DNA of 64,000 nt from contig JAJXWQ010000001.1 in assembly GCA_021781555.1 (NCBI GenBank), forward strand, positions 7,392 to 71,391. The letters are read 5' to 3'. This DNA is from a bacterium (GTDB lineage Bacteria > Cyanobacteriota > Sericytochromatia > S15B-MN24 > VGJW01). This document shows positions 10,274-18,698 of this stretch, one piece after another. Numbering within the stretch: the stretch's first letter is position 1; each line of letters begins with the position of its first letter. The notes beneath the pieces are model-generated. The model was not told the origin of the DNA, did not search any database, and was given only the letters and a program-made list of their open reading frames with translations. Made by a program: the position numbers and the translations under genes.

Positions 10274-10372
10274 AGGCGCCCTCCGCTTCCCCCCGGACGC
10301 TGCGGACGATCGGTGCTTGACACGCCCCCCACGCGGGCTAACGTGAGGCTCGGAAGACAGGGGAGGGAAGCC

Positions 10373-10879
10373 ATGAACGGGGCGACGGGCGTTCGCTGGG
10401 CTGCCGGCCTGGGCGTGCTGGCTGGGCTTTGGATCCTGATCTCCCCGTGGGCGCTGGCCTTCTGGGGGGTCGGCACTGCGACGGGCAACAACCTCATCGT
10501 CGGGATCGCCATCCTCGTCCTGGCGGCGATCGCCTACAGCGGTCCCGAGGAGATGTGGGCTTCGTGGGTCAACTTCATCCTGGGGATCTGGCTGATCGTC
10601 AGCCCGTACGTGCTGGGTTTCTCGATGTTCGGTCGAATCCTCGGCAACAACATCATCAGCGGCGTCGTCGTGGCGGTGCTGGCGATCATCGCGCTCTCGG
10701 TCCCGACGGTCGTCTCGCCTACCTACCGCACCTGGATGCGGCGTGGGCCGACCTTCACCGGGACCCTGCCGACGCCAGAGGAGCTCCGTCGCCGCCAGGA
10801 AACGGAGCCGGCCGAGGAGGAAGAGCACCTTCGCCGAGAGCGCGAGGAACAGGATCGGCGCGGTGACGGACCGCGCTGA
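10373..10879 (+). CDS. SPW-repeat membrane protein
   Basis: Four predicted TM helices with repeated SPW/SPY motifs (LISPWALAFWG, IVSPYVLGF); charged C-terminal tail. ORF is open from 10313. Confidence 0.65.
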   Translation: MNGATGVRWAAGLGVLAGLWILISPWALAFWGVGTATGNNLIVGIAILVLAAIAYSGPEEMWASWVNFILGIWLIVSPYVLGFSMFGRILGNNIISGVVVAVLAIIALSVPTVVSPTYRTWMRRGPTFTGTLPTPEELRRRQETEPAEEEEHLRREREEQDRRGDGPR

Positions 10880-10929
10880 TCGCCGCGGGCTCACATCGCC
10901 AGTTCCAACCAAGCGGGCATAATGGGGGC

Positions 10930-11517
10930 ATGGAAAGCCCCCTTACCCTCGCAGATCGGCCGGGTTGCATCGCCCTTCGGGGTCAGGATCAGGCGGCCGT
11001 TCTCAAGGCTTGCCACGCCATCGGCTCGTTGATGGAGCTGTGGGGATTCAAGCACATCCACGGGGTGATGTGGACCTTTCTTTATGTCCACGATCGCCCG
11101 ATGGATGCCCAGGAGCTCAAGGAGGGCCTGGCCATCAGCAGCGGCCTGGTGAGCATGACCTTGCACGAGCTCATCCGGTGGGGCGTCGTGACCCGCGAGC
11201 CGACCCCGGGCACGCGCCGCGAGCGATACCGCGCCGAGCCCGATATCTGGGGCGCCGTCGCCAAGGTCCTGCAAGATCGCGAGATCGCCCGCCTCGACGG
11301 CGCAGCCCGTGAACTCGGGGAGGCGGCCGCCGCGCTTTCTCCCGAAGTCTCCGGACCGCGTCATCAGATCGAGGAACTGCAAGGATTGAGCCGTCTCGCG
11401 GTGGGGCTCCTGGGCACCCTGCTGCAAGCCGGCACCCTGGATATCCGGCGCCTCCGGCGCGTGCAGCTTGGAATGGGCATAGCCAAGCTGCTACGCCATT
11501 CCAGCAAGGATCCTTAG
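10930..11517 (+). CDS. MarR/GbsR-family HTH transcriptional regulator
   Basis: 195 aa; winged-helix region (ELKEGLAISSGLVSMTLHELIRWGVV). Confidence 0.6.
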   Translation: MESPLTLADRPGCIALRGQDQAAVLKACHAIGSLMELWGFKHIHGVMWTFLYVHDRPMDAQELKEGLAISSGLVSMTLHELIRWGVVTREPTPGTRRERYRAEPDIWGAVAKVLQDREIARLDGAARELGEAAAALSPEVSGPRHQIEELQGLSRLAVGLLGTLLQAGTLDIRRLRRVQLGMGIAKLLRHSSKDP

Positions 11518-11680
11518 AGTGCTCCCGGTTTGAATGGGTCGAGCCCGATGAGTCAAACGGGGCCCGGTTGCGCAGCGAAGCGACCGCGCAGAGGGCCCCG
11601 TTCAAACTGCAAAAGGCCTCTCTAGCGTGCTTCCGGTTCGCCGGAATCGGGCCCGAGGAGTCAGACTGGGCCCTCGGACG
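11518..11680 (+). repeat. palindromic intergenic repeat element (MITE/REP-like), one full unit plus one half unit
   Basis: About 100 bp is near-identical to 30619-30719. It carries the core CGAGCCCGATGAGTCAAACGGGGCCC and the inverted arms GTTTGAATGG / CCGTTCAAAC. It lies between convergent genes and overlaps the ubiE stop codon. Confidence 0.8.
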
Positions 11681-12401
11681 GCTTGGTCCCGGTCACGATG
11701 GCGACGGCGCCAAAAGCTTTCTCGTGGGCCCTGACATCGACGTAGCCGGCCTGCGTGAAGAGGCGCTCGAGGCCCTTGCGATCCGGGAACGCGAGGTTGC
11801 TGCTCGGGAGGTACCGGTACGGCTGGCCCGGTGCCCCGACCAGCTGAGCCAGCCGCGGCACGATCGCGAATTCGTAGGCCCGGATGAGGGGTTTGAGGAC
11901 CGGCAGGCTCGGCTTGGCCATGTCGAGCGAGGCCGCGGTTCCGCCGGGCCGTAGCACTCGCCACATTTCCGCCAGGGCTCCCTCGATCGCTGCGACGTTG
12001 CGCAGGCCGAATCCGACCGAAACGTGATCGAAGCTGGCAGCGTCGAACGGCAGCTCGAGGGCATCGCCCTCGAGCCATGTGATCGCATCCGCACCGGGTC
12101 GGTTGCGCGCACGCGCCAGCATCTCGGGAGAAAAGTCCAGGGCCACGACCGTCCCGGATGGCCCCGCCGCGGCCTTGACCAGCAAAGCGAGGTCTCCCGT
12201 CCCGGTGCACATATCGAGGCACCGATCGCCCGGGCCTATCCCCAGAAGGCGGACGAGGTCGCGTTTCCACAGGCGGTGCTGGCCCGCCGTCATCAGGTCG
12301 TTGACCTTGTCGTAGTGGCCAGCGATGGACTCGAAGAGCGCCTTGACGTGCGCTCCGCGACTCCTGCCCGACAGGAGTTCGGGGGGAACTTGAGCTTCCA
12401 T
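11661..12401 (-). CDS. ubiE: demethylmenaquinone/ubiquinone C-methyltransferase UbiE/MenG
   Basis: 246 aa class I SAM-MTase; LDMCTGTGDLA (motif I), VSVGFGLRNV; typical UbiE N-terminus (FESIAGHYDKVNDLMT). Confidence 0.88.
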   Translation of the reverse strand: MEAQVPPELLSGRSRGAHVKALFESIAGHYDKVNDLMTAGQHRLWKRDLVRLLGIGPGDRCLDMCTGTGDLALLVKAAAGPSGTVVALDFSPEMLARARNRPGADAITWLEGDALELPFDAASFDHVSVGFGLRNVAAIEGALAEMWRVLRPGGTAASLDMAKPSLPVLKPLIRAYEFAIVPRLAQLVGAPGQPYRYLPSSNLAFPDRKGLERLFTQAGYVDVRAHEKAFGAVAIVTGTKPSEGPV

Positions 12402-12506
12402 CGCCTGGATCCTTCTTGAACTGGAGCCTGGCCCTTGCAGCGATCGCTGCGCTGCGCCACCGGGCCCGTTTGGATTGCTCTGCCGTTGAACCTACGGCCC
12501 GTCGTT

Positions 12507-13484
12507 CTAACCCGCGGCCAGCGGCTCGAGGCCAGCTGACAGGGCCCGCTGACCGGTGGCGAGGAGCCCTTCGACCAGGATCGCGAGCTGCACGCTGGCC
12601 GGGTTGCGAGGGAACCCCCCAAGGCCTTCCAGCGTCATCTGCCCCATCAAGTCAAGGATCTGGCGGGTGCGTTCCTGGAGCCGAGGAGCGGTCAGCCATC
12701 TTGCCAGATCCGAGGAATCGCCGCTTGGCGACGCAGCAATCCGGGATCGCAAGGCGGACCCGTTGCCCGGATCCTCGAGGGCGAGCACGACCTCGAGGGT
12801 CAGACAGCCCGCCTCCAGATCGCGCCCCGCCGGCTTACCCAGCGCCGCGCTGTCACGCGTCGTGTCGAGCAGGTCGTCCACCATCTGGAAGAGGCAGCCC
12901 AGATCGCGCCCGAACCGCCCGGCTCGGTCCGCCGCCTGGTTGCCAGCACCTGCAATGACCGCCGCACCCTCGCAGGCCAGTTCGAACAGACCGCCAGTCT
13001 TGCGAGCGAGCCGGCCCAGGTACGCCGGCATCGTCAGATCGGGGTTCCAGCGCTGGTCGTCCTGCAGGAGCTCGCCCTCGCAGAGCTCGGCGAGGACCGC
13101 GGCGAACTTGCGGCAGAGTCGAATGCTCCCCAGATCCGCGATCATGCACCCCGAACGGCTGACCGCCACGTCGCCCGCAAGAACCGCCACCTTGGCGCCG
13201 TACTCGACGTGGACCGAAGATCGCCCCCTGCGCTGCTCCGCGGCGTCGAGGATGTCGTCGTGGATGAGCGTGCCGAGGTGCAGGAGCTCGACCGCGTGCG
13301 AGAAGCTGGCAATCCTGGCGTCGGTCGGCTCGACGCCGAAAGCCTCGCCGACGAGCTGCACACAGCGGGCCCGCGTGGCCTTGCCTCCGGTCTGCAGGTG
13401 GTCCACGGCGGCTGCCAGATCATCCAGGCGAGACATTCGCTCAAAAACGCCCGCCCGGTAACCGCTCTCGTCTGATGGACGCAT
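12507..13484 (-). CDS. long-chain polyprenyl diphosphate synthase (IspB/HepT-like, menaquinone side chain)
   Basis: Both Asp-rich motifs present (LIHDDILDAAEQRRG and FQMVDDLLD); GGK..R motif. Alternative start at 13436. Confidence 0.85.
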   Translation of the reverse strand: MRPSDESGYRAGVFERMSRLDDLAAAVDHLQTGGKATRARCVQLVGEAFGVEPTDARIASFSHAVELLHLGTLIHDDILDAAEQRRGRSSVHVEYGAKVAVLAGDVAVSRSGCMIADLGSIRLCRKFAAVLAELCEGELLQDDQRWNPDLTMPAYLGRLARKTGGLFELACEGAAVIAGAGNQAADRAGRFGRDLGCLFQMVDDLLDTTRDSAALGKPAGRDLEAGCLTLEVVLALEDPGNGSALRSRIAASPSGDSSDLARWLTAPRLQERTRQILDLMGQMTLEGLGGFPRNPASVQLAILVEGLLATGQRALSAGLEPLAAG

Positions 13485-13556
13485 CGACCTGCCCTTCTTG
13501 CCCGACCAGTATGCTCAAATGCTACGGAAGATTCAAGGTTTCTTGAAGTTCATGAT
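13485..13556. promoter_or_regulatory. divergent promoter region between polyprenyl synthase and menF, with palindrome TTCAAGGTTTCTTGAA
   Basis: Only AT-rich stretch in the locus; a perfect 6-bp inverted repeat separated by 4 bp; repeated ATGCT boxes. Confidence 0.4.
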
Positions 13557-15002
13557 ATGCTCCACGCAGGAGGCAATCGACCCATGACCGCGGCAATTCC
13601 CCGGCTCCAGGAGCTAGCGCGTTCCGAGGATGCCGGTGGGACGACGGGACTGGCGTCCTTTGCCGTCGACGCCAAGACCTGGGGCGATGTCATCCGGGCC
13701 GGCGTCCTGACGGCGGCGGCCAGGGGCGAAGCGGTTCTGGCCTTGCTGCCGTTCGAGGCCCAGGTGGGGGATCTTCGCCGCCGGGCGGGCGCGGATACGG
13801 CGATCGCGTGGCAGGGACCCGACGACGACTGCAGCTACCTGGGGCAGGGGTCGGCGTGGCGGGTCGACGCCTTCGCGCCTGAGGAAGTTGGTCCGGCCCT
13901 GGCGGCGGTCGAGCGGCAGATGCTCGCCACGGCGGAGCTGGCGGCCTCCTGCGGGGTAGCTACGGATTTTGCCCGCGCCTACGGAGGCCTCGCCTTCGAC
14001 GTCCACCGCCCTGCCGGCCACGCGCTGGCCGCATTCTCGGTTCCCGAACTCATGTTGCGCCAGCGAGCGAGCGACGCCGGCAGGGCCAGTGGCGCGGTCG
14101 CGGTGAGGGTCGAGGCGGGCGATACCGGGACAACGGTCGAGGATCGCGCTCGCCAGCTCCTGGCGGACTTCGCCAGGAGCCTCGAAACGCCGCCGCCCCG
14201 GCGGCCGGGCGGCAGCTGGCGGGTCGTGGACCCCGATCAGGGCCAGGAAGCCTACGCCGCGGCAGTTCTGAGCGCCGTCAGGGCCATTGCCGAGCGCCAG
14301 ATCGAGAAGATCGTCCTCTCGCGCGACGTCGAACTGGCTGGCGGCGATCCCTGGACCTCCTTCGAGAGCATGGCCCTCGCCGCTCCCGAGACGGCACGGT
14401 TCGCACTGGCCCTCGGCTCGGGGGACCTGCTGGTGGGGGCTTCGCCCGAGCGCCTGGTATCCATATCCGGCGGGGTCGCCCAGGCAGATTGCCTGGCCGG
14501 TACCGTCCTCGACGGTACCGCGGGGCCCGTGGTCAAGGAGCGGCGGGAGCACGAGGTCGTGGCGCGGGCGATCCGGACCTCGCTCGAGCCCCTGTGTGAC
14601 GAGGTCTTCGCGCCGCCCGAGCCCGTATGGCGTCCGGCGCCCGGACTCTTCCACCTCTGGAGCCCCATCGCGGCTCGCGTCTCGAAGCACGTGCCGCTCG
14701 GGGACGTCGTGCTGTCCGTCCATCCGACTCCGGCGGTCGGAGGCTGGCCGCGGGATCCCGCGCTGGGCATGATCCTGGAGCTCGAAGGCCGTCCCCGCGG
14801 GTGGTATGCCGGGGCCATCGGCTGGATCGGGGCGCGCGAGGCGGATTTCGCCGTGGGCATCCGGACCCTGCGCTGCCGGGGCGACCGCGCCACGCTCACG
14901 GTCGGGGCGGGGATCGTCGAGGGGTCGACCCCACAGGGCGAACTGGAAGAAACCGGCCGCAAGGCCCAGGCCGTCGTGAACCTCACCGCGGGGCGCCGAT
15001 GA
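13557..15002 (+). CDS. menF: isochorismate synthase MenF
   Basis: 481 aa chorismate-binding enzyme; C-terminal signature GGWPRDPA...GWYAGAIGWI...AVGIRTL...GAGIVEGSTPQGELEE. Confidence 0.88.
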   Translation: MLHAGGNRPMTAAIPRLQELARSEDAGGTTGLASFAVDAKTWGDVIRAGVLTAAARGEAVLALLPFEAQVGDLRRRAGADTAIAWQGPDDDCSYLGQGSAWRVDAFAPEEVGPALAAVERQMLATAELAASCGVATDFARAYGGLAFDVHRPAGHALAAFSVPELMLRQRASDAGRASGAVAVRVEAGDTGTTVEDRARQLLADFARSLETPPPRRPGGSWRVVDPDQGQEAYAAAVLSAVRAIAERQIEKIVLSRDVELAGGDPWTSFESMALAAPETARFALALGSGDLLVGASPERLVSISGGVAQADCLAGTVLDGTAGPVVKERREHEVVARAIRTSLEPLCDEVFAPPEPVWRPAPGLFHLWSPIAARVSKHVPLGDVVLSVHPTPAVGGWPRDPALGMILELEGRPRGWYAGAIGWIGAREADFAVGIRTLRCRGDRATLTVGAGIVEGSTPQGELEETGRKAQAVVNLTAGRR

Positions 15003-16891
15003 TCCCGGTGACCTTTTCGCCCGCCGCGTCAGAGCTCTCCGCCGGCGAGCCGGAAGGAGCAGGCGGGGCAGCCCCCAACCTGAACATACTCTGGGCGCGC
15101 GTGCTCTTCGAGGCACTGGTCTCGGCCGGTGTCCGGCACGTGAGCCTGGCCCCGGGATCCCGGTCGGCTCCGCTGGCGATCGCCGCCAGCAGCACGGCGG
15201 GCCTGCACACGACGGTCCATGTCGACGAGCGGTCCGCCGCCTTCTTCGCGCTGGGGGCGGCCAAGGCGACCGGCACTCCGGCAGCGGTGCTGTGCACGTC
15301 CGGATCCGCGGCAGGACACTTCCTGCCGGCCCTGATCGAGGCCGCCGAGGCGCGTGTTCCTCTGCTCGCGATCACCGCCGACCGTCCGCCCGAGGCCAGG
15401 GGGTTCAGCCCGCCGCAGACGATCGACCAGGTCAAGATGTACGCCCACGTCGTGAGGGCCGCGTGGGACCTGCCGCTCCCCGAGCCAGCCCTGCTCGCCC
15501 GGCTCGAGCTCCTCGCGGCCGACGCCGTGGCGCGTGCGACCGGGGCGCCCGTGGGTCCGGTCCAGATCAACGTGCCGCTGCGCGACCCCCTATCGCCGCT
15601 CGAGGTCGACGCCGACGCGATCGCAACCCTCGAGACCCAGCACCGGGCGCGCCGCGCTGCGATCCGGGGCTCGGTGGATGACCTCTCTCGGCGCGACGTC
15701 TGGCCCGCACGGGGCTTCGTCGACGAGATCGGCCTGGAGCAGGCCGTCAACTGGCTGTCGGAAGGCAGGCGCCCCCTCATCGTGGCAGGTCCGGAGGCGG
15801 CCTCGGGCCACCTGCGGAACGCGGTTCTCGAGTTTGCCCGCACGTGGGGCATTCCCATCCTGGCTGACGCGGCCTCGGGCTTGCGGTACGGGCCAGAGCG
15901 CGGGGCCACGGTCTGCTCGCACTACGTGGCCTTCTTGCGGGCCGCCGAGTTTGCCGAAACGCCGCCCGATCGCGTGGTCACCCTCGGCATGGCGCCGACC
16001 TCCGGGACGGTGGTGCGTTACCTCGCCCGCCACCGCCCTCCGCTGCTGCGCCTGCAGGCAGACCCACTCCGGCGCGATCCCGATGGACTGGCGGTCTTGA
16101 TGCTGGTGGGCGACGTGGCCGACGCCTGCCTCAGGCTTGCCGAACGCGCCGAGCGCACCTCGGCCGATCCGGCCTGGCGCGACGCATTTGCCAGCGCCGA
16201 TGAGGCGAGCGCCTTGGCACTGGCCGACTACGGCGATCCACCGGTCGAGATCGGCGCGTTGTCGGCTGCATTTGCCGCCTTGCCGGCTGATGGCATGCTC
16301 TTCCTGGCCAGCAGCATGGCCATCCGCTACGCCGATTCGTGCCTGCCTCCGGCCGAGCGGGAGGCGCGGGTGCTGGCCAATCGCGGGGCCAATGGCATCG
16401 ACGGCCTGACCTCGACGGCCCTCGGCGCCGCGGCGGCGACGGGCCGCCCGCTCCTGCTGGTCGTCGGCGACACCGCCTTTCTCCACGACCTTGGTGGATT
16501 GTTTGCGGCGCGGCACGTGACGGCGCCGGTCGTGATCCTGGTCCTCAACAACGACGGCGGGGGAATCTTCCACTACCTGCCGATCGCCCGGTTCCCCGAC
16601 AGTTGCACTCCACTTTGTATCAATCCGCACGGCATGCAGTTCGAGGCCGCAGCTCGCCTTTTCGGCCTGTCGTACCAGGCCTGCCGCAGCGGAGCCGAGG
16701 TGGCCCGGGCGGCGCAGGATGCCTTTGCCCGCGCGGGTGTCCACGTGATCGAGGTGCCCAGCGATCGGCACGACACCGAGGCGCGCTACCGGGCCCTGCT
16801 GGCAACCATGGCCGATGCGGCGGCGGGCCGGGGCCAGGCGTCGACCGATCGGACCGCAACGGCCATCGTTTCGAGGGAGGACACCTTATGA
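14999..16891 (+). CDS. menD: SEPHCHC synthase MenD (TPP-dependent)
   Basis: TPP-enzyme N-terminal domain ([17 protein letters not shown]...[17 protein letters not shown]) and TPP-binding C-terminal domain ([11 protein letters not shown]...[10 protein letters not shown]). ATGA overlap with the menF stop. Confidence 0.88.
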   Translation: MIPVTFSPAASELSAGEPEGAGGAAPNLNILWARVLFEALVSAGVRHVSLAPGSRSAPLAIAASSTAGLHTTVHVDERSAAFFALGAAKATGTPAAVLCTSGSAAGHFLPALIEAAEARVPLLAITADRPPEARGFSPPQTIDQVKMYAHVVRAAWDLPLPEPALLARLELLAADAVARATGAPVGPVQINVPLRDPLSPLEVDADAIATLETQHRARRAAIRGSVDDLSRRDVWPARGFVDEIGLEQAVNWLSEGRRPLIVAGPEAASGHLRNAVLEFARTWGIPILADAASGLRYGPERGATVCSHYVAFLRAAEFAETPPDRVVTLGMAPTSGTVVRYLARHRPPLLRLQADPLRRDPDGLAVLMLVGDVADACLRLAERAERTSADPAWRDAFASADEASALALADYGDPPVEIGALSAAFAALPADGMLFLASSMAIRYADSCLPPAEREARVLANRGANGIDGLTSTALGAAAATGRPLLLVVGDTAFLHDLGGLFAARHVTAPVVILVLNNDGGGIFHYLPIARFPDSCTPLCINPHGMQFEAAARLFGLSYQACRSGAEVARAAQDAFARAGVHVIEVPSDRHDTEARYRALLATMADAAAGRGQASTDRTATAIVSREDTL

Positions 16892-17733
16892 TCGCCAGCC
16901 CCGAGGCCCGCGCGGCCCTGCCGGTTTGGGAATCCGTCCGGGAGTTCCAGGACATCCGCTTCGAGATGGCCGAGCACATCGCCAAGATCACGATCAACCG
17001 CCCCGAGGTACGCAATGCCTTCCGGCCGGAGACCGTCGCCGAGCTCACCGAGGCGTTCCGCCTGGTCCGGGAGATGCCGGAAATCGGCGTGGCGATCTTG
17101 ACCGGGGCCGGCGACCAGGCCTTCTGCTCGGGCGGCGATCAGCGGGTGCGCGGCGACTCCGGGTACCGTGACGCCGAGGGCACCCATCGCCTCAACGTTC
17201 TCGATCTGCAGCGCCAGATCCGCTCCCTGCCCAAGCCGGTGATCGCCATGGTGGCAGGCTATGCCATCGGCGGGGGCCACGTCCTGCACCTCGTCTGTGA
17301 TCTGACCATCGCGGCCGACAACGCCCGCTTCGGGCAGACCGGCCCGCGCGTCGGCAGTTTCGACGGGGGGTTTGGCGCGAGTTACCTCGCCGAGATCGTC
17401 GGCGCGAAGAAGGCCAAGGAGATCTGGTTTCTTTGCCGCCAGTACGATGCCCAGGAGGCCCTATCCATGGGCCTCATCAACACGGTGGTCCCCCTGGCCG
17501 ATCTCGAAGGGGAAACGGTCGCCTGGGCCCGGAAGATCCTCGAGCACAGCCCGCTGGCCTTGCGCGTGCTCAAGTCGGCCTTCAACGCCGGGACCGACGG
17601 CCAGGCGGGGCTCCAGGAGCTCGCCGGCAACGCGACGCTGCTCTATTACATGTCGGACGAGGCCCAGGAGGGCCGAAACGCTTTCCTCGAGCGGCGGCCG
17701 CCGGATTTCGGGCGGTTCCCCCGGTTGCCATGA
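16888..17733 (+). CDS. menB: 1,4-dihydroxy-2-naphthoyl-CoA synthase MenB
   Basis: Crotonase fold with a MenB-specific N-terminus ([31 protein letters not shown]) and [12 protein letters not shown] overlap with menD. Confidence 0.92.
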   Translation: MIASPEARAALPVWESVREFQDIRFEMAEHIAKITINRPEVRNAFRPETVAELTEAFRLVREMPEIGVAILTGAGDQAFCSGGDQRVRGDSGYRDAEGTHRLNVLDLQRQIRSLPKPVIAMVAGYAIGGGHVLHLVCDLTIAADNARFGQTGPRVGSFDGGFGASYLAEIVGAKKAKEIWFLCRQYDAQEALSMGLINTVVPLADLEGETVAWARKILEHSPLALRVLKSAFNAGTDGQAGLQELAGNATLLYYMSDEAQEGRNAFLERRPPDFGRFPRLP

Positions 17734-18698
17734 GCGGCACGGAGGAGACCGGAAGCTCCCTCGGGGCGGCCAGGACAGCCTCGGCCGGACCTGACGCGCT
17801 CCCCCGGGCGCTGAGCCCCCTGCAAGTCTGGCTGGCAGGGAGCCGGCCGCGGACCCTGGTTGCCGGGGCCGCACCCGTGCTGGTCGGCGCCGCCGCGGCC
17901 TGGGGCGCTCCGGGTTACCGCCCGGTCGCCGTCTTGCTGGCGCTGATCGGAGCTTTGGCGTTGCAGGCGGCGTCCAACATGATCAACGACGTGGGCGACG
18001 GCCAGTCGGGCATCGACACGGCCCGGCGGGTCGGCCCCCTGCGCCTGGTCGCCTCGGGCCTGGCCGCACCTGGCCAGATGTGGCTGGCAGCCGGCACCTC
18101 GATTCTGATCGCGTTCATCGCGGGTATCGGACTCGCGCTGATGGCAGGCTGGCCGATCGTTGCCATCGGTCTGCTGGCCATCCTCACGGCCGCGGGCTAC
18201 ACCGTCGGGCCGGCCCCGCTCGGTCGCCTGGGCCTGGGAGAACTGGCCGCGTTCGTCTTCTTCGGCCCGGTCGCGGTGCTGGGCACGGCAGCCGCGGCGA
18301 CGGGCCGGTGGTCCGACCTGCCGCTGGTGTGGAGCCTCCCGACGGGCTTGCTGGCCGGCGCGCTGATGATGGCCAACAACCTGCGCGATCGTGAATCGGA
18401 CGCCGCCGTCGGCAAGCGAACGATCGCCGTTCGCAACGCCACTGCGGCCCGGCTTCTCTACCGGGCCATGATCGCCGGCGCGGTCGGCGTGCCGCTCGTT
18501 CTCTCGATCTGGAGCGAGCGACCGCTCGTGGCTCTGGCGGCGGGAGTCATGTCGCCCTTCGCGATGCGGGCGGCGCTCGCCATTCCAGGTGGCCGCTCCG
18601 GCCGCGAACTGGCGCCGGCGCTCGGGCGGATGGCCGATCTCTTCGCGGTCACGACTTTCGCTCTCGTGGCGGCGCTGATCGCCTCGCATGGAGCCTGA
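17730..18698 (+). CDS. menA: 1,4-dihydroxy-2-naphthoate polyprenyltransferase MenA
   Basis: UbiA-family polytopic membrane protein; [14 protein letters not shown] Asp-rich motif; [10 protein letters not shown] second motif. ATGA overlap with menB. Confidence 0.88.
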   Translation: MSGTEETGSSLGAARTASAGPDALPRALSPLQVWLAGSRPRTLVAGAAPVLVGAAAAWGAPGYRPVAVLLALIGALALQAASNMINDVGDGQSGIDTARRVGPLRLVASGLAAPGQMWLAAGTSILIAFIAGIGLALMAGWPIVAIGLLAILTAAGYTVGPAPLGRLGLGELAAFVFFGPVAVLGTAAAATGRWSDLPLVWSLPTGLLAGALMMANNLRDRESDAAVGKRTIAVRNATAARLLYRAMIAGAVGVPLVLSIWSERPLVALAAGVMSPFAMRAALAIPGGRSGRELAPALGRMADLFAVTTFALVAALIASHGA

